Shown here piece after piece: positions 13,401 through 28,498 of a DNA stretch of 64,000 bases. Source of the stretch: Ptychomitrium polyphyllum (taxonomy: Eukaryota); the NCBI GenBank assembly GCA_973851085.1, contig OZ316775.1:22382001-22446000 (forward strand). The letters run 5' to 3'. The notes beneath the pieces are model-generated. The model searched no databases. It worked only from the letters and a program-made list of their open reading frames with translations, and was not told the DNA's origin. The translations under genes and the position numbers were made by a program. Each line of letters opens with the position of its first letter. Within the stretch, counting starts at the first letter, position 1.

Positions 13401-16400
13401 GTTTCAAAAAATAATTTTCAAATTTTCATTTATTTTATTGATATGTGTATTTTATTCAATAAAGAAATCAAAGTACGTTAACTTTATAAAATTAAAAATA
13501 TCAAATTGCATTTATTTAAAACAAAATTTGCCTTGATTAAAGCAAAACAATACATTTGAACAAATTTCAGTGCACACCAAATTGAATCATTGGCATCTAA
13601 AATTCTATTAAATATAAAATAATAACATTCTTAAAAACAAACATTTTTAAAAACAAGATATGATAAATTCATTATGCTCAAAAAACTCTTTGTAATTGTA
13701 GCACATTTGTATGTAGAAAAAACAACACTTAGACCATGAAGCAATATTTATATTCTATCTATACAAGCCTTTGCATCCAATATTGCACTTGATATTAACT
13801 GAATGATAAAAAGAAGATATACAAGAGATTACACACAAAAAAAAAGATGCACTATTGTGCATTACTAAAATTATTATAAAATTGCTATAATATTTGTATA
13901 TAAATAGAACATCATTTAATTGTGAACATTCACTTAAACATTCTATTTTTTGTTTAAATTAATAGCCTTTTGAAATTAAACCTATTTTAAATTATCTTCT
14001 ACTATTTTGTTTTATTTTATTTTAAACCATCAAAGTTGCATTTTACTAACATCTATAGTTTATGTGTTTTTTATTTTTAAATCTAATTTTTTTAATTCCT
14101 AATATTTAGTTTAAGATATTAAATTTTAAACAAAATTTTAATTTCAATAATTTTATAGTCAATTTAATACACATGTTGCTACTACCATTAATATGCTTTA
14201 CAATTGCATGTAAGTAATAAAAATGAAATTATATCCTAATATCATTGTTATATTAAAAATTTCTTTATACTCAACAATGCACATTAAAAATGAGAAGTAA
14301 TTTCATCTTTATCATCAATGAACATTGCAGTACTATTATAAATAGATAGATATTGTTGATACTTTTTCACTTTTGATTATTTGTAGAATTATGATTTAGA
14401 ATAGGATATGCAATGAGATTCAATTTTTTTCCTCTTTGAGCATTTTAAATTGTAATCTAATAAATTGGAGTTTTCATTATGCAAAATATACAAAAATGCA
14501 AAGTAAAAATAAAGATGGTATAATATGCAAGACAAAAGCTATAGATGTTAAAATTAGGTACATGTTGAGGATCATACATTTACTGATTACCAAGTAAACC
14601 TCATTATTAACTCTTATATTTTAGCTTCGCAAATTAAAGTACCTCATATTAATATCAAATAGCCTTATAAGTTCTAAACACCTTGGTAATGCCAAAAGAA
14701 AAGAATCACTAAATATTTAAAAACTTCATGTAAAAAAAATTGATTTTAATCTTGAAAAGTCATAGTTACATTGACAATATACGTTCTAGTGTTGATGCAA
14801 TTGATATTGTTACTTACTAACTTTGTGCTATAGAAGATAATAAAGAAGGTTCAATGGACATTTCCAAGCTCTTCAATTGTTCTTGTGCACATGCTAATTT
14901 ACATTGTAGCCTCAAACTCACCATTTCCAGTTCCCAACTTTTGAGTTTATTCTACTTATTTACAAAAAGTTTTTCTTTACAAATATTTTGTAGCTAAATT
15001 TTTAATACTTTACTTTGAATAACTTTTACTTTCTCCATAGCTTCACCTTTGATAAGTTTCTGAGCATCAAAGAAATATGATTTTGCTGGAAAATGAAAAG
15101 ATTTTTTAATAATTATCAACAAGTTATCTTCCTCATTACTATCAATGATGATTGAACTATTCAAAATTATTTGTTGAATTTGGTACAAAAAAGGAATTTC
15201 CTTCCGCAGGTTTTTTCTTTACTTTCACCATAAGCAAATGGGCTTATCTTTTAGATTCCACATTGACTTCAATTTTGTTTGCAGCAATTGAACATTATAA
15301 AAGTGCAGAATTTCCAACATACTAGTTAAATTGAATTTTTAGCACATGAACTTTATATTAGCAGAAGACTTTTAACATGCAAATTTAGTAAAAGATCTAG
15401 ATTCACTACATATGGATTAGGTAAAGAATACTTGCTTGCTTCATTTTAATTAAATTTAGGCTCCAAACTTGATTCATGTGATTTTTGTGATTTTTGGAGA
15501 AGTTCTTGAGTGAATATACAAGAATCAAATGAAGGCTCTTCACTTATTTTTCTCCATTTTAGTGAAGGAATTAAAGAAACTATATTTGTATTTGATAAAA
15601 TATTGCTTTTTTTATATGGTCTTGCAAAAGATCATCTTCAATATTACCAAACAAGATTGCAAACTTTGAATTCAAAAATAGTTTGCTTACTAAAATAACT
15701 TCATTAAATTTTGCATTGTTTCCTGTATTTGTAGAAGTTTTTATAATATGTAGAAACAAAATTGAAGATATTCTTTTAGAAATTTCTTATGCATTTAGAA
15801 ACACTACTTGTTGCTTCTTACAAACTTAAGTGTTATTTGCATTATCTACTTTTATTGCTTTTTTAAAAGATTGAATTGAAAATTCTTTTACTTCTTTAAC
15901 TTCATCAAGCGTTGCACTATGTTTTGCAAGCTTCTTACTTTGTCTTTTGCAATTGGCTACAACATTCCTTCCAAAGTGAATATACCATTAGTGTTTAAAC
16001 AATTTGGTTATTGAAAAGTCTTTGTGATTATTGAAGGAAGGAATAAAAATTCTAACATACAAAAATCACATCCGATTTTAGTGGACCGCATGTATTTTTT
16101 CAAATCCTTGCCATCATTGTTGACAACAATTACTAGCCGCATTCTACACATCTAATTACAAAACACAATAACTAAATAGTGTTATATTTGTTTAATCTTT
16201 GAATGTGGAACTTACATGTCTATGGTATAATTATTTCTTTAATGTAAGAAAAATGACCAATACAACGTATAATACCATTAGTGGAATAATTATTAACTAC
16301 ATTTCAAAATATTTTTTATAAAACTAAGTGTAGAAACAAACAATAGTAATAACAATTGAAAATGAGATTCCATAATCAATTGACCACGGAATGACAACTT

Positions 16401-18349
16401 ATAATTGAAAGAGTCATTGGCTTTCTTCCAATGGTGATGCATAAATACTTCCAACCTCATTTGAAGTATTTGACAATTTATAAATCTTTGAAATAAAATC
16501 AAGATTAACTTCAAGATAAATCATGTCAAAATTCATTTTTATACATATCAAAAACATATTCACCTTTTTCACCAATTTTTTTGTTTAGCTTATTACAAAT
16601 CAGTTGTTTTATCCAAGTCAAAGAAGGAAATTTTGACTTCTTCAAAATAAATACAATTGTGCCATTTTTCATGTTCAACACTGAGTTTGTAAAGAAATAT
16701 TTCTTTCCACAAATAGGTACATATCAACTTTTAAAGATATTCCAATTTGGGAAGTGAACTTGTAAGGCATTGTAGACTTCTTCTGACTTTATGAAATGGC
16801 CTATTACCATCTATTATGGAAGAGCTTCCAAATAATTTATAAATTTTAATAGTATAAATATGTACAATGCAATAAAAGATGGCAAGTCACTTTTAGTTTT
16901 TCTAAAAATTGGTCCAAAATATGAAGGTCCATCATTTTATCTAAAAAATAAAAATTGGACATATCCATTGCTACCCAAATATTTGAGTTAAATTTTTATT
17001 CCTGCATATCTTTTAAGTTGCCATCTACTTGCATACTTGCATACAGGCAATATTTGTAATAGATTAATTAATTTATTTATTTTTAAATATTAGAGAAACA
17101 TGTGATCTTCAATAGATTAAAAAAAATATCTATGCATGTTTGCAACAAATTGTTCAAAAGGTGGAACTTCCTTTTGTTTTGATTTATGATTAACTTTCAC
17201 AAACTTTGCAATATATTCCTCTTATGCATGTTGGATCAATTCATGCATATGCATACTAATAAAGCCCACTTGTTTCTTAAATTTCCTCTATTCCATTATA
17301 TTTATGTCTTCTCCATTTCAAAGTTTTGTATTGTAAACACAACCAAGACATTGAACAACAACATTTTTTGCTTTCTTTTTGTTAGCCTATTCTTTCAAGC
17401 TAGAAGTATAATTTGATTTTGGTTTTGTGTTTCTAAAATACACCTTAGGATAATACTTTTTTCTCATCTTTAAGCTTATTGCCACCTTTATAAGGTGGAA
17501 AGTGATTATATTTGTAAGTTTTATGAGCCCCATTTGTACCAAGTGAGCAAATCAATTTGAATGCTTAAGTTATTCTATATTTTTTGATCCATTTTAAAAT
17601 TTTCAATGCTTCTAAATCATTGCACCGCTTTTTAAATTGAAAAAAATACCATTTTCAAATCACACAAAAGCATTCATAATGTGTGAATACACCTAATTGT
17701 TTGCACAAATTATTTTAAATTTCTTTTAATAGTCATTTAAAAAATATTCCAGCCCTTTTTTCATTTATGGAGTTTAGAGTTACCATTGTTTTTAATTGAA
17801 ATTCCTACACGTTAGTACAATTCTTTCTTATTTCAATAAACAATTGACAACATAACGATCAAAGATACATATTTACAAAAAATTGTACAAGTAACATCCT
17901 TGCATTCTCTTGCTTTAGTACATTTCTGGCCTTCTATATCTGGTCCACAAATCTCAATTATACTGGATATGAAAAAGTTATTATGGAAATTTATGTAAAT
18001 ATTTATTTTTATTTTTCAATTATTATAAAATTTCAAAAAAATTAAAGCAAATCTTTAGTCCACACATAGTCACAATCACACATTTTATATTTTTCCTTTT
18101 GTTCTTTTGATACATCTAGACTACTTATAATTTGTTTTGCTGTAATCCAAGTATATTGTCCATTAATGATATAAAATAGACCATCTTCGACTTTTTCATA
18201 CAATGAGGGCTTTTAATTTTTTGCAAGCATTAAAATTAATGTTTACTTCAACGAATACAAGGTTGTTAAAAATACATAAAAAAGATTTCTTATCAAATTA
18301 TTATAAAATGGGAATGATGTAAACAAATACCTTGTAAACAGTATCTTGT

Positions 18350-18728
18350 TGGTACAGACATATATATTAGAAGCATTTAGAAAGGTTCTTAGAAGGTTTA
18401 AGAAGCTTCTAAGGAAGTATCTTGGCTTCAGAAGCTTTTAAGGAAGCAATTCAAGGTTATTTGAGTACAAAGTAATGTACTAAAAACTTCTCAAAAAGCT
18501 TCCAAGGCCTGTACTCATAGTATATACAAATGTTGAGGTTGAAAGGATCTTTAGTCTCAACAATGCATCTTTTGTGGTACAACTTGTACCTTCTGGCCCT
18601 GTCTTTATAGCTTATTATAACTCTTTACTTCTAATATACCTTGGAGATACCTTGTTCCATATCTTGGAGTCCAAAAATCTTGTCTTATTGTTACTTTGTC
18701 CGTAATAGTTTATTGAAGCTGTCATACA
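18350..18728 (+). repeat. 5' LTR, followed by a degenerate tRNA-iMet primer-binding site (ataatatcagagc, ~18729-18741)
   Basis: Colinear with 22750-23124 (e.g. catatatattagaagcatttagaaaggttcttagaag vs catacatattagaagtatttagaaaggttcttagaag). Ends ...cataca, then a TGGTATCAGAGC-like PBS. Confidence 0.85.
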
Positions 18729-21700
18729 ATAATATCAGAGCTTGATTTTACTTGATAGAGAGCTATGCACTCTTTTTAAAAAAAATACTAGAGCGTTTTA
18801 GAAGTTTGGAATTATCCTCCTCTAGGCTAATATTGCCTCTTAAATCTTCCTTAGTTTTTGTTTATTTAACAATTTATATATTGTTTTCCTGCCAAGATGT
18901 AAAGAGGTCAATATGGTTGATTAAAAAATTTGGATTAAATTCCATTATCAATACCTTTGATAAAAACCAAGACTTTATCTAAGCAAAATGAAGAACTTTA
19001 TTTGACTATACATAATGGTCAAGGAATAAAAGTACCGTAGTTACTATTTTAAGACAATCTAGATGCTCCATTGTTTAGATTTGTTTTAATAGAAGAGGCA
19101 CAAATTTAAGACGTTAATTCAATGTCAATAGCCAAAGGAACCAAGAATCAGCCTTCCAAACCGTGCGGTTGGATCTGCTTTTTTTGCAAGAAAAAAAAGG
19201 TCATGTCTTATCAGCTCACCTTTCTTTTTGTTTTACTATACTTGTTTGTTTAGGTGTTCAAAAGTTCAAAAACCTTGCTCTACTAGATTTAGGAGCCTCT
19301 ACTTGCTTTACTGACAAAGAGTTTTTGAAAATCCAAAGTTTCCTATTATCGGTCTATGTAGAAATCATATATGGTCAACCTTTATTCTGTGGAGATATTA
19401 TTTATGAGACAAATCTATTAAAAGTAACTTTGGACAACCATAATAGCCAAGTGATGTTTAATGTCATTAGATTTCCATTAAATCCCTTCATCCTAAGGCT
19501 CTCTTGATTAAAAAAGTACAACCTTCATATACATTGGGTATCTTGTAAAATAAAATTTTCAACACAAAAACTTGTAACTACCAAGCCTAAATAAGAATTT
19601 CATACATTTCACAAACCTAAGGCCATAGAATTTTTCTTTATTGGACCTGGAGTATTTATAAAGGCAGCAAAAAATGACACTTCTTTTATTGTATATGCGA
19701 CTGTGATGTCTACAAATGTAGTTTCATCATCAACCATTCTAAAAAAAAAATAAAGAATTCCAAGATGTATTTGTTAAGAAGAATTAGACACTCTACCAGA
19801 ACATTGTTCCTACAATTGTGCCATTGACCTCCAAAATGGCGCTCAACCATCATTTGAACCTATCTATAATTTGTTTAAAAATGAACTTTCAGCATAAAGA
19901 AAGTATATTAATGAAAATTTAGCCAAGAACTTCATTTGACATTCAAAGTCTCCTATTGGTGTTCCTATATTTTTTGTAAATAAAGAAGATGGATTTTTAC
20001 AAATATGTATTGCTTATCGTGGCCTAAACAAAGTAACAATGAAGAACTAATATCCTTTGCAGTTGATATTTGGAATTCTTGATCAATTTGGCCAAGCAAA
20101 GATCTATATTAAAATAGACCGAGAATGAATTATAACTTGGTGCGCATCAAAGAGGGAGATGAATGGAAGACGGCATTTTAAATAAGATAGAGACATTTTG
20201 AATTCAATGTCATGCCTTGTGAACTTATCAACGCACCCACTATTTTCCAACACCTAATGAATGATATATTTTGGGAGTCCTTCAATGATTTTTTTGTATG
20301 CTATATAGATGATATCTTGATTTATTCAAAAAAATCACAGGAGCATGAACAACATGTTTGCATAGTCCTACAAAACTACAAGATGCTAGTTTATATGCTA
20401 AGTTAGAAAAATATGTCTTTTATAAGCCTCAAGCAAAATTCTTTGGCTATATCATCTCAAATAAAAGACTATTGATGGATCCAAAGAAAGTTGAAGCAAT
20501 TAGCAATTGAACAAGGTCAAAATCAATAAGTGATGTTCAATGCTTTCTTAGATTTTCAATCTTCTATAGGATTTTTATTAAGGATTATTTCCAAATAATT
20601 GCACCATTCACGTTGCTAACATGTAAGGAAAAGCTTGAGTAGGGACCCAATACCAAGGATACATTTCAAAGTTATTGTATATACGGACCACAAGAACCTA
20701 GAATATTTCATATTAGCTTGTGTTTAGAATCATTGCCAAACTCATTAAAGTATGTATCTATCTCAATTTGATTGTTGCATTATATATTGACCCGGAAAAC
20801 AATAAAGATTGTCAGATGTTTTGTCTAGGCAGTCATATCTTGCGCCAAAAGAAGGAGAAGCAATATAGATCAATAACAAGCAACTCTATTGAAGCCTAAA
20901 TAATTTTACATATGTGTACTTCACACACGTCATGACTTTCCTGCAGTTGGACATTTTGAATTCAATAAGACTTTGGAACTGTTCTATTGAGACTTCTGGT
21001 GACTTCAAATGTAGAAGGCTGTTAAGGAGTTTGTACTCTCGGTTGAAGAATCATAGACACCATCTCTACAGACTCTTTTAACCACAACCTATTCCAAGAT
21101 AATCATGTTCATCTGTATCTATGGATTTCATCACAGATCTTCATCGTTGAATTCTTTTGATATCATCTTTGTAGTGGTAGACAAATTGACCAAAATGGCA
21201 CATTTTGTTCCTTGTAAGAGGCAATTACGGGTGAAGAGACTGCCACACTTTTTATGGATGATGTCTATCGCTACAATGGAGTGCCCGACAATATTATATC
21301 GGATCGTGGGCCACAATTTGTATCAAGATTTTGGAAGTCACTCTTTGAAATCCTTAAGGTGGACATAAAATTCTCTTTTGATTTCCATTATCAGATTGAT
21401 GGCCAAACAAAACAAGTCAACCAAATCTTGAAGCAATATCTAAGGTATATCATCAACTATCAACAAGATGATTGGACTTCCTACTTGACATTGGTTGAAT
21501 TGGCCTACAATAACACCACTCACGCTTCCACCCAACAAATCCCATTCTATTCTAATTATGGACATCATCCAAAGATAGATATGTTACAGCCTCCACAATT
21601 TGAAAATCTAGTAGTAGAAGAATTTGCCACAAGAATGGTAAAGCATATAGCAACCATGAAGACTTAATTGAAAGAAGCTTGAGAACAATATAAAATTGCA

Positions 21701-22749
21701 ACAGATGCAACAAAAAAGGAATAGCCCCCATTTCTAGTTGTTGAAAAGGTGTGGCTCATTTGATGCAATATAAGGATAAACAAGCCATGTGATAAGTTGG
21801 ACTGGTATAGGTTGGAACCATTTGCAATTCAAAAATAAATCAACCACGTGGCATATTGTTTGGAACTACCAACATTAGTGAAAGTATATTTAGTCTTCCA
21901 TATTTCACTTTTGGAAGCCTATAAAGAATCAACTAGCTCTTGGTAAAGGCAGCTAGTACTACCTATGGTCAAAATAAACGATCATCATGAATTTGAAGTG
22001 AAAGAAGTGTTTGATTTACAAATAAAACGTGGAAAATCGGAATACTTGGTCCATTGTTGTAGATGACATTAGTGAATGCACATGGGAGGTAGCTAAAAAT
22101 CTTGCCAATTCACCAATAAAAATTTGTGAATTCTATTAATAACATCCATTCAAACAAAAGTAGCAGTACAAAGAATAATGGCTGGGTAATTTTGTTTAAC
22201 CTTGAAGACTCTTGATTCTTAGGCTTTTAAGTAGGAGAGAAAGCAATTCTTAGACCATAAGTTTTTAAAATCCCATACATGATTTAGAATCTAGACCTTT
22301 GTATTTTGGATTTATTATAGTTTCTTGAGATTATTTTGATATATTAGATATGGACAGCCAAAATGATATAATGCCAAAGGTGTCAACTTAACCAAGTGGC
22401 TTGTGTTGACGATCTTGTGACAAAGAATAGATTGGACCAAAAAGACATCAAAAGATGCCTACTAGTAGATTGTTCGTGATTGTCTTTGAAGTGGAGCCAG
22501 CTTATAAGGGTTATCTAAAAGTGGTGTTTGAAGGATGTTTTTACAACAAAGATACAAAAATTCATGCTTGGTCATAAGTGGAAGACGTTGGACACTATTG
22601 CTAGTTATAAGAATTTATGAACCATTTGAATTATATAAGGCAATTGAAATATACTGCAAACACCATGAAACAAATTTTTGACTTCTTCATTCTTTGAGCA
22701 TTTATTGCAACATGTTCCTTAAAAACCTTGGGGCAACAAGGAAAAATGA

Positions 22750-23124
22750 CGTAATGAACATACATATTAGAAGTATTTAGAAAGGTTCTTAGAAGATTTA
22801 GGAAACTTCCAAGGAAGTTATATTAGCTTAGGAAGTTACTAAAGAAGCAATTTGAAGTTGCTTAAGTACGAAGCAATGTATTAGAAGCTTCTCAAGAAGC
22901 TTCTAAGGCTTATAGACTTAGTATATAAGAATTGAGGATGAAGAGATCTTCAATCTTGACAACGCATCTCTTGTGGTTTAATTCAGACCTTTTGGCCCTG
23001 TTTTTGTACATTGTAATAGTTCGTTACTTCTAATCTACCTTGGACATATTTTGTTCTATATTTTGAAATCTTGAAGCCTTCTCTTGTTGTTACTCTATCC
23101 GTAGCACTTGCCCCCAAATATACA
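22750..23124 (+). repeat. 3' LTR, preceded by a purine-rich tract
   Basis: Diverged direct repeat of 18350-18728, preceded by ggggcaacaaggaaaaa (PPT-like). The exact right end is uncertain. Confidence 0.8.
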
Positions 23125-26100
23125 TAGGTTTTCTTCAGTTCTTGAATTCTTTGGATACTTCTTAATAATCTTATATATCAATGTTTTTTTCATTTACATT
23201 CTTTTAAAGGTGTTGATATATATTGCCTTTCATTGTCTCTTTGGTTGAAGGAACTACATTCTCTCCTTTCCTAGGCCCTTCATCAACACAAACATCACAA
23301 AAATCCACTTCCAATATTCTTCTTATATCTTTTGATTATTGAAGGATGTTTTTTTTCTAAGTTCCTTTTCTTCTTTCTTCTTTTGAATCACAATTATCTT
23401 TTTTTCTGTTCTTGAAAAGATAATTTTTAGACTTGTAAGGCAACAATTCATTATACAATAACCTATGTGGAATACTACAATCAATGATATTATTTCCTTT
23501 ACTCCCTCCAAAATTTATTCCAATAGCATGTAGTTCATAATTTCTACCAACTTCTATATATGCACTAATATTAGTAGAAGATGCTTCCTTTGCAAATTTT
23601 TCCTTACTTCTCTCAAGATTTGGAGCAAATACAATAGTACCTAAAGCATCAAGTTCTTATTAGATACTTGTTCAATATTTGCTCTTGATGCTATTATAAC
23701 ATATGTCTTGTCTATATTGTGAAGAATTCATAATATAGCCTTTAAAATCCAAATTATTTTTCTTGCATTTCCATTCAAAGCACAAAAATTTGCTTTGTTG
23801 AAAAGAGGTCTATGTGTAATTCTTTCAAAGCATTGTCATGCACATTTATACTCTTTGCAAGTAAACATGCTTGAAATTTATCTTCAATATTAGTGAACAT
23901 GAGATTAGCAATATTATTAAACAAGTTTTCCACGTATACAATGATATTGTTGCAATTTTAGGTTTACAATAGTGACCATAAGATTTGCAATAGTTGCAAA
24001 TGAAAGTTCTATAATCAAAGGAAAAACTCTATTTACTGCAATTTGAAAGCCAAAACCACCCTCTTTTAGAAGCTTACAAAGATCTATGTAACACATAGTA
24101 AGCTTCTGTTTAATCCAATACTTCTTTCCAACATTGAAGTCATCAAGTTTGAGAACATTTGCATTTTGAATTCGTTCAAAGAATCTCTTTAAAACATTGT
24201 CATACAAAATATTGGCTACTTTGTTTGGATCCTTTTGTAATACATAGCATTTACAATATAACAAATTGCAAATATATAAGAAAAATACAATGAATTAACT
24301 CTATAAATTATTGCCAAAACCTATTTATAAATTGGATAAGAATTATAATTTTCCTCATATTGAAATTTCAAAACAAAAAGATATATGTTATATTATACAA
24401 TTATATTTTTACTCTTTAATGCCTATGACAAAAAGAAAATGTTGCTAATCATTCAATGAATCTGGTGCACAATTGCTCATTATATTTTGCTCTTATGATC
24501 TTTAATCACAACAAATTTAATTTATTATTAAATGCTTCAAATACAATTAACATTTTAAAACACCTTGCAATCAAATATTCATAATTAATATTATGCATAC
24601 AAAAAAATAGCTCAAAAAAAGATGCTTCCATGTCTTATGAACAAATACCCATTGAATACTACAACACTTATAAAAACAACAATAAATTTTATATTACATT
24701 TGACAAAGTTCATGTTATCTAAATATAAATTTTTCTTGTGTTGGCATCTACAATAATGACCATTATTTTATAAATTGGATTTCCAAAATAAGTTATCAAA
24801 TCCATTTCTACAAAGTAGCAAAGCTTAATCTCTAATATTAATAGAAAGCATAAATCAAGCAAAAATCTTGTTGGATGTTGCTTATAATTTGTAATTAATT
24901 TTGGACATTCTTATTTAATAGTTAGGCATGCATAAATCATATGATTCTTTTTTAAATGGTTTTTTTTATTTTTATGCATCAAATATAATATTTATAAAAT
25001 TTCTCTTAAAAATGATGAATTTTAAGTCAATGAATATTAATCATAAGTTTGAAATAGATAATTAAGTTATTGCCTAATATTAATAATGTGCATTAACAAA
25101 AAAATATTTAGATATTTTTGTCAAAGCTACAAACAAATTATGAGGAGAAAGTTGATAATAAAAGCTATCTAAACAATAGATCCAATGGATTATAGGACAA
25201 GCTTACTATTGGTCAATTGGAATGTCCAAAGAAATGGAATGCACACCAAATTTAATGAAGCTTGGTATGATTGGTAGTAACACCAAAGTCTAAGATAGCA
25301 ACAACTTGAAATCCTTCAATTTCATTGCCAAAATCTATTACATGAATATAAAGTATTTGGTATAGAGAGTACTTATGCAACACCTATTGTATTGAAGAAG
25401 ATAACAAAGATAGCAGAGACATTGATGTTAGAGGTAATAAAGATAAATTTAGCAATAGACAAGGGGCAAGGAATGAAATGGCGGCACTTTGGCAACAATA
25501 CAAGATACAAAGGATAAATTCAAATAAAGAACATGACAAACAAAGTTTAAAGATGGATAAATAAAAGAGGAAAAAGTTAGCGTGGAGAGGGAATATATAA
25601 GGCTACAAGAGCTAAGTAAGAGCAATAGGTGCTAAGCAAAAACAACCAAACTACAAACAACCCCTTTTAAGCTTAGAAAGAAATTAAAACAATAATAGAG
25701 GAGATAAGACAATTAGAATTGGCGGATAAGAAGGCAAAATAAAAAAACATGAGCGGGCCATGTATAAGAAAAAACCTTACATATTTGAAAGAAAAAGAAA
25801 AGAGATAAGCAAGTAAAGCCAGGAAAGAAAAAAAAACTTTTTTACCAATTTTCTTTATAGAAGCAACTAAACCTCTTTTAGGTTTCAAAAATTTAAAATG
25901 CCTTAACTCTAAGCTTCCTTTGGCAATATTATATTCTTTCTTTAGTGCCGTCAATTAAATTTTTTATGTGTTGGCTATTTGAAGACTCAAAAGGAGCTTT
26001 ATGATTAATTATTAAAGACTAAAAAATCCATTTATATCTAGGAATTTAAATCTTCATTTTTTTTTTAAAAAACCCTCTTCAACCAATTTAAAGATAAGGA

Positions 26101-28498
26101 CTTCATTTTACAATTATACCAATAGATTGCTAAAAAATTATAAATAGATCAAAACAACTAAATTTATTTAATTAATCTTTGTTTAAAAAATTAGCATGTG
26201 GAAAAAATTCAATTGAAATTGGTAACAAAGATAAATTTTGAATACTAGTGTTGGTATGAGTTGATTTTATAATAGTTTTTTTGATTGTTTTAGCATTTTA
26301 ATTGAAAAATCAAAATCTCCAAATGCATATGAGAAAGCAAATTCAATTGTTAAATTGATAAAAAATTTACTAGAAAATAAAAAATATAAGTATTTTTACA
26401 TATATTTTTTATGACTTTTAAAGATATAATTAATAATCTACAATTTTAATAAGAAATTTAAAAAATAAGATTGAAGTAGGATTTTAAGAGTATATAAATC
26501 AATATAAAAATGGAAAAATAACTTCCAAATTGAATTCTTGACCTTCTAAAATCTAAATTTTTTTTGAAAATTATAGAATATTTGAATGAAATTAATGAAC
26601 CTTTAAAGTTTCTTGCACCAAGTTTAATTTTTAAAGTAATTTTGGGAGAAATTTAGTTTAAAAAATAATTCATAAAGAGAGAATATTTTTTTATTCCACT
26701 AAAAATTAACAAGATTAACTTTGAGGATTAACATATTAATATTTTTTATTATAATTCAAAGGAATTATGTAAAAAAAATTGAGAAATGATAGAAGGGAGA
26801 AATGAATAGTCTTTGGCTTCCTTCCATCATGTTCAAAATACAACAGCCTTTGAAGACTACAATTTATGTTAGTTAGAATATTAATTAAAATATTTTTTCT
26901 TTATGATAAATAAATCCGAGATTTTATAGAGCAAACAACATCATTTTTATTTTTAGTATTGAAATTAATATGCTTCTAAAGTTTGTATGAATTTTTTTCC
27001 CCTTGTTGTATAATTTCTTGTGACTAATACTGTTTGATATTTGATTTATAAAGTAGATGACAACCACATAAGCTCCAATAAAAAAAAATAAATTCATAGC
27101 CTTTTTACTTCTTTTCTTTCATTGATCGGCCTAAGAAGCAAAAAGTTTATCAACATTTCAGATTGAAGTCACAAACGGTTTAAAAAGAGTTTATAAATCT
27201 CCTACAATAATAAACCATGAAAAAAAAGTGATTGGAGCTTCCTTGTCTTTATTGTGTTTAAAAAAACACAAAAACAACAGTAATTTTAAAAAAATTAAGT
27301 TTTTTAAAAATTGCAATTTATAAATGTTCAAAAGAATAACTTAAACTTCTAAAATATAACTAGAGTTATAAACAAGTTAAAAAATAAATAATATAATGAG
27401 GAATATAAAAGTATGATATAAAGAGAAAAAAATGTAATCCAAACATAAATCTTAATATAGTCATCAAAACTTTGCTTAGTCCACAAGAATGGATTTATTG
27501 ATATTTTATTTTCATAAAAAAAATTTAAAAAATTTGGCAAAAAGAACAAACATCAAAAAAGAAAACAATGATAATGGAAGTATAAATTAAAATTTACTTA
27601 GTGACAAAAACTCTTTTGATTATTTTGTATTATAATTCTAAAGAAAAGAATAACATGTTACCATGTGCAAATATGATACTTCAAAACACCATTTGCATTG
27701 TGAGCCAAAAGCTTCTTCAATTGTCAAAATAAAAAAGCTTTCAAAAAAAGTACAAATCAAGTAGGTTTTTAGTTTTTAAATTTTTGGAACAATGATCCAA
27801 ACTTCCAATCCAAAAACAAAGTATATGATGCATCCATTGATTTAATAGAATTATATATCAATAACATATTATTATGTGCAAAATAACCCGTTTTGGACAC
27901 ATTGTCGTCTATCATCAATATGAACAATAAATTTGGTATAATAGTTTAGAAATTGAAGGATTCATATATTATTCTAGAAAATCAAGTACCATCATATAGT
28001 ATTGAAATTTTCTTAGAAATATCTTGAATTCTAGAATATTCAGCATCCACATACTTGGTTAAGTTTAGCACCATATAATTGACATCAAGTATTAACAAAT
28101 ATGTAAGAAATGAAAAGTCATCTCCTATGACATAAGCCTTTAGTATTTCATTTTGCCAATGCAAAGTAATGCGACTATTATGTAACTTACTGTGCTGATA
28201 TTTAGTTTTAAGAAGCCCCACCTAAACGAATACGACGTTCTAAGCTCAGGTCTGCATCCAGGTCTAGTCCCTGGTCCATTTTAAAATATTCAAAGTGTTG
28301 ATTTGAACAAGGACTATTGAAATTGTGTTGTGTAGTTAGTTCAGTTTGGACTATTGAAATTGTTCTTGCTGCTGTTAGTGCTGTTGGTGCAAATGCATGC
28401 ACTATCACCAAGGTAACAAATCAGTGCTGCAATGTTAAGCATCTGCGAAATCACTGTGCAGTACGCAAACAGAACTGTAGAAGCGCGGTCGTTTCTCC

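Larger units (their letters stand above)
18350..23124 (+). mobile_element. Decayed Ty3/Gypsy chromovirus LTR retrotransposon with both LTRs
   Basis: Protease ALLDLGASTCF (~19270); RT MPCELINAPTIFQHLMNDIF...CYIDDILIYS (20212-20406); integrase VVVDKLTKMAHFVPC...GVPDNIISDRGPQFVSRFW...DGQTKQVNQILKQYLR (21105-21667); chromodomain EFEVKEVFD...EYLVH...TWE (~21988-22090). Many stops and frameshifts. Confidence 0.93.
10550..28200. mobile_element. Long AT-rich, CpG-depleted block of highly decayed transposon DNA, interrupted by the LTR element; includes a probable MULE/SWIM transposase relic on the minus strand (~15900-18000)
   Basis: Abrupt shift to very AT-rich sequence with very few CG dinucleotides and no long ORFs. 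Minus-strand fragments WYKWGS*N, LGCVYN, IWV..SNFYF, IVVNNDGKDL and WYIHFGRNVV resemble, in order, motifs of plant SWIM-zinc-finger/MULE-derived proteins (YWCSFGP, RGCxCHF, WVxxxxxxxFFY, FxVDD, WxVRRxWxRNVV). Confidence 0.5.

Noticed and set aside
10550..28200. Endogenous giant-virus (NCLDV) relic
   Set aside because: Known in moss genomes, but I could not recognise any viral hallmark motif; the fragments fit transposon decay better.
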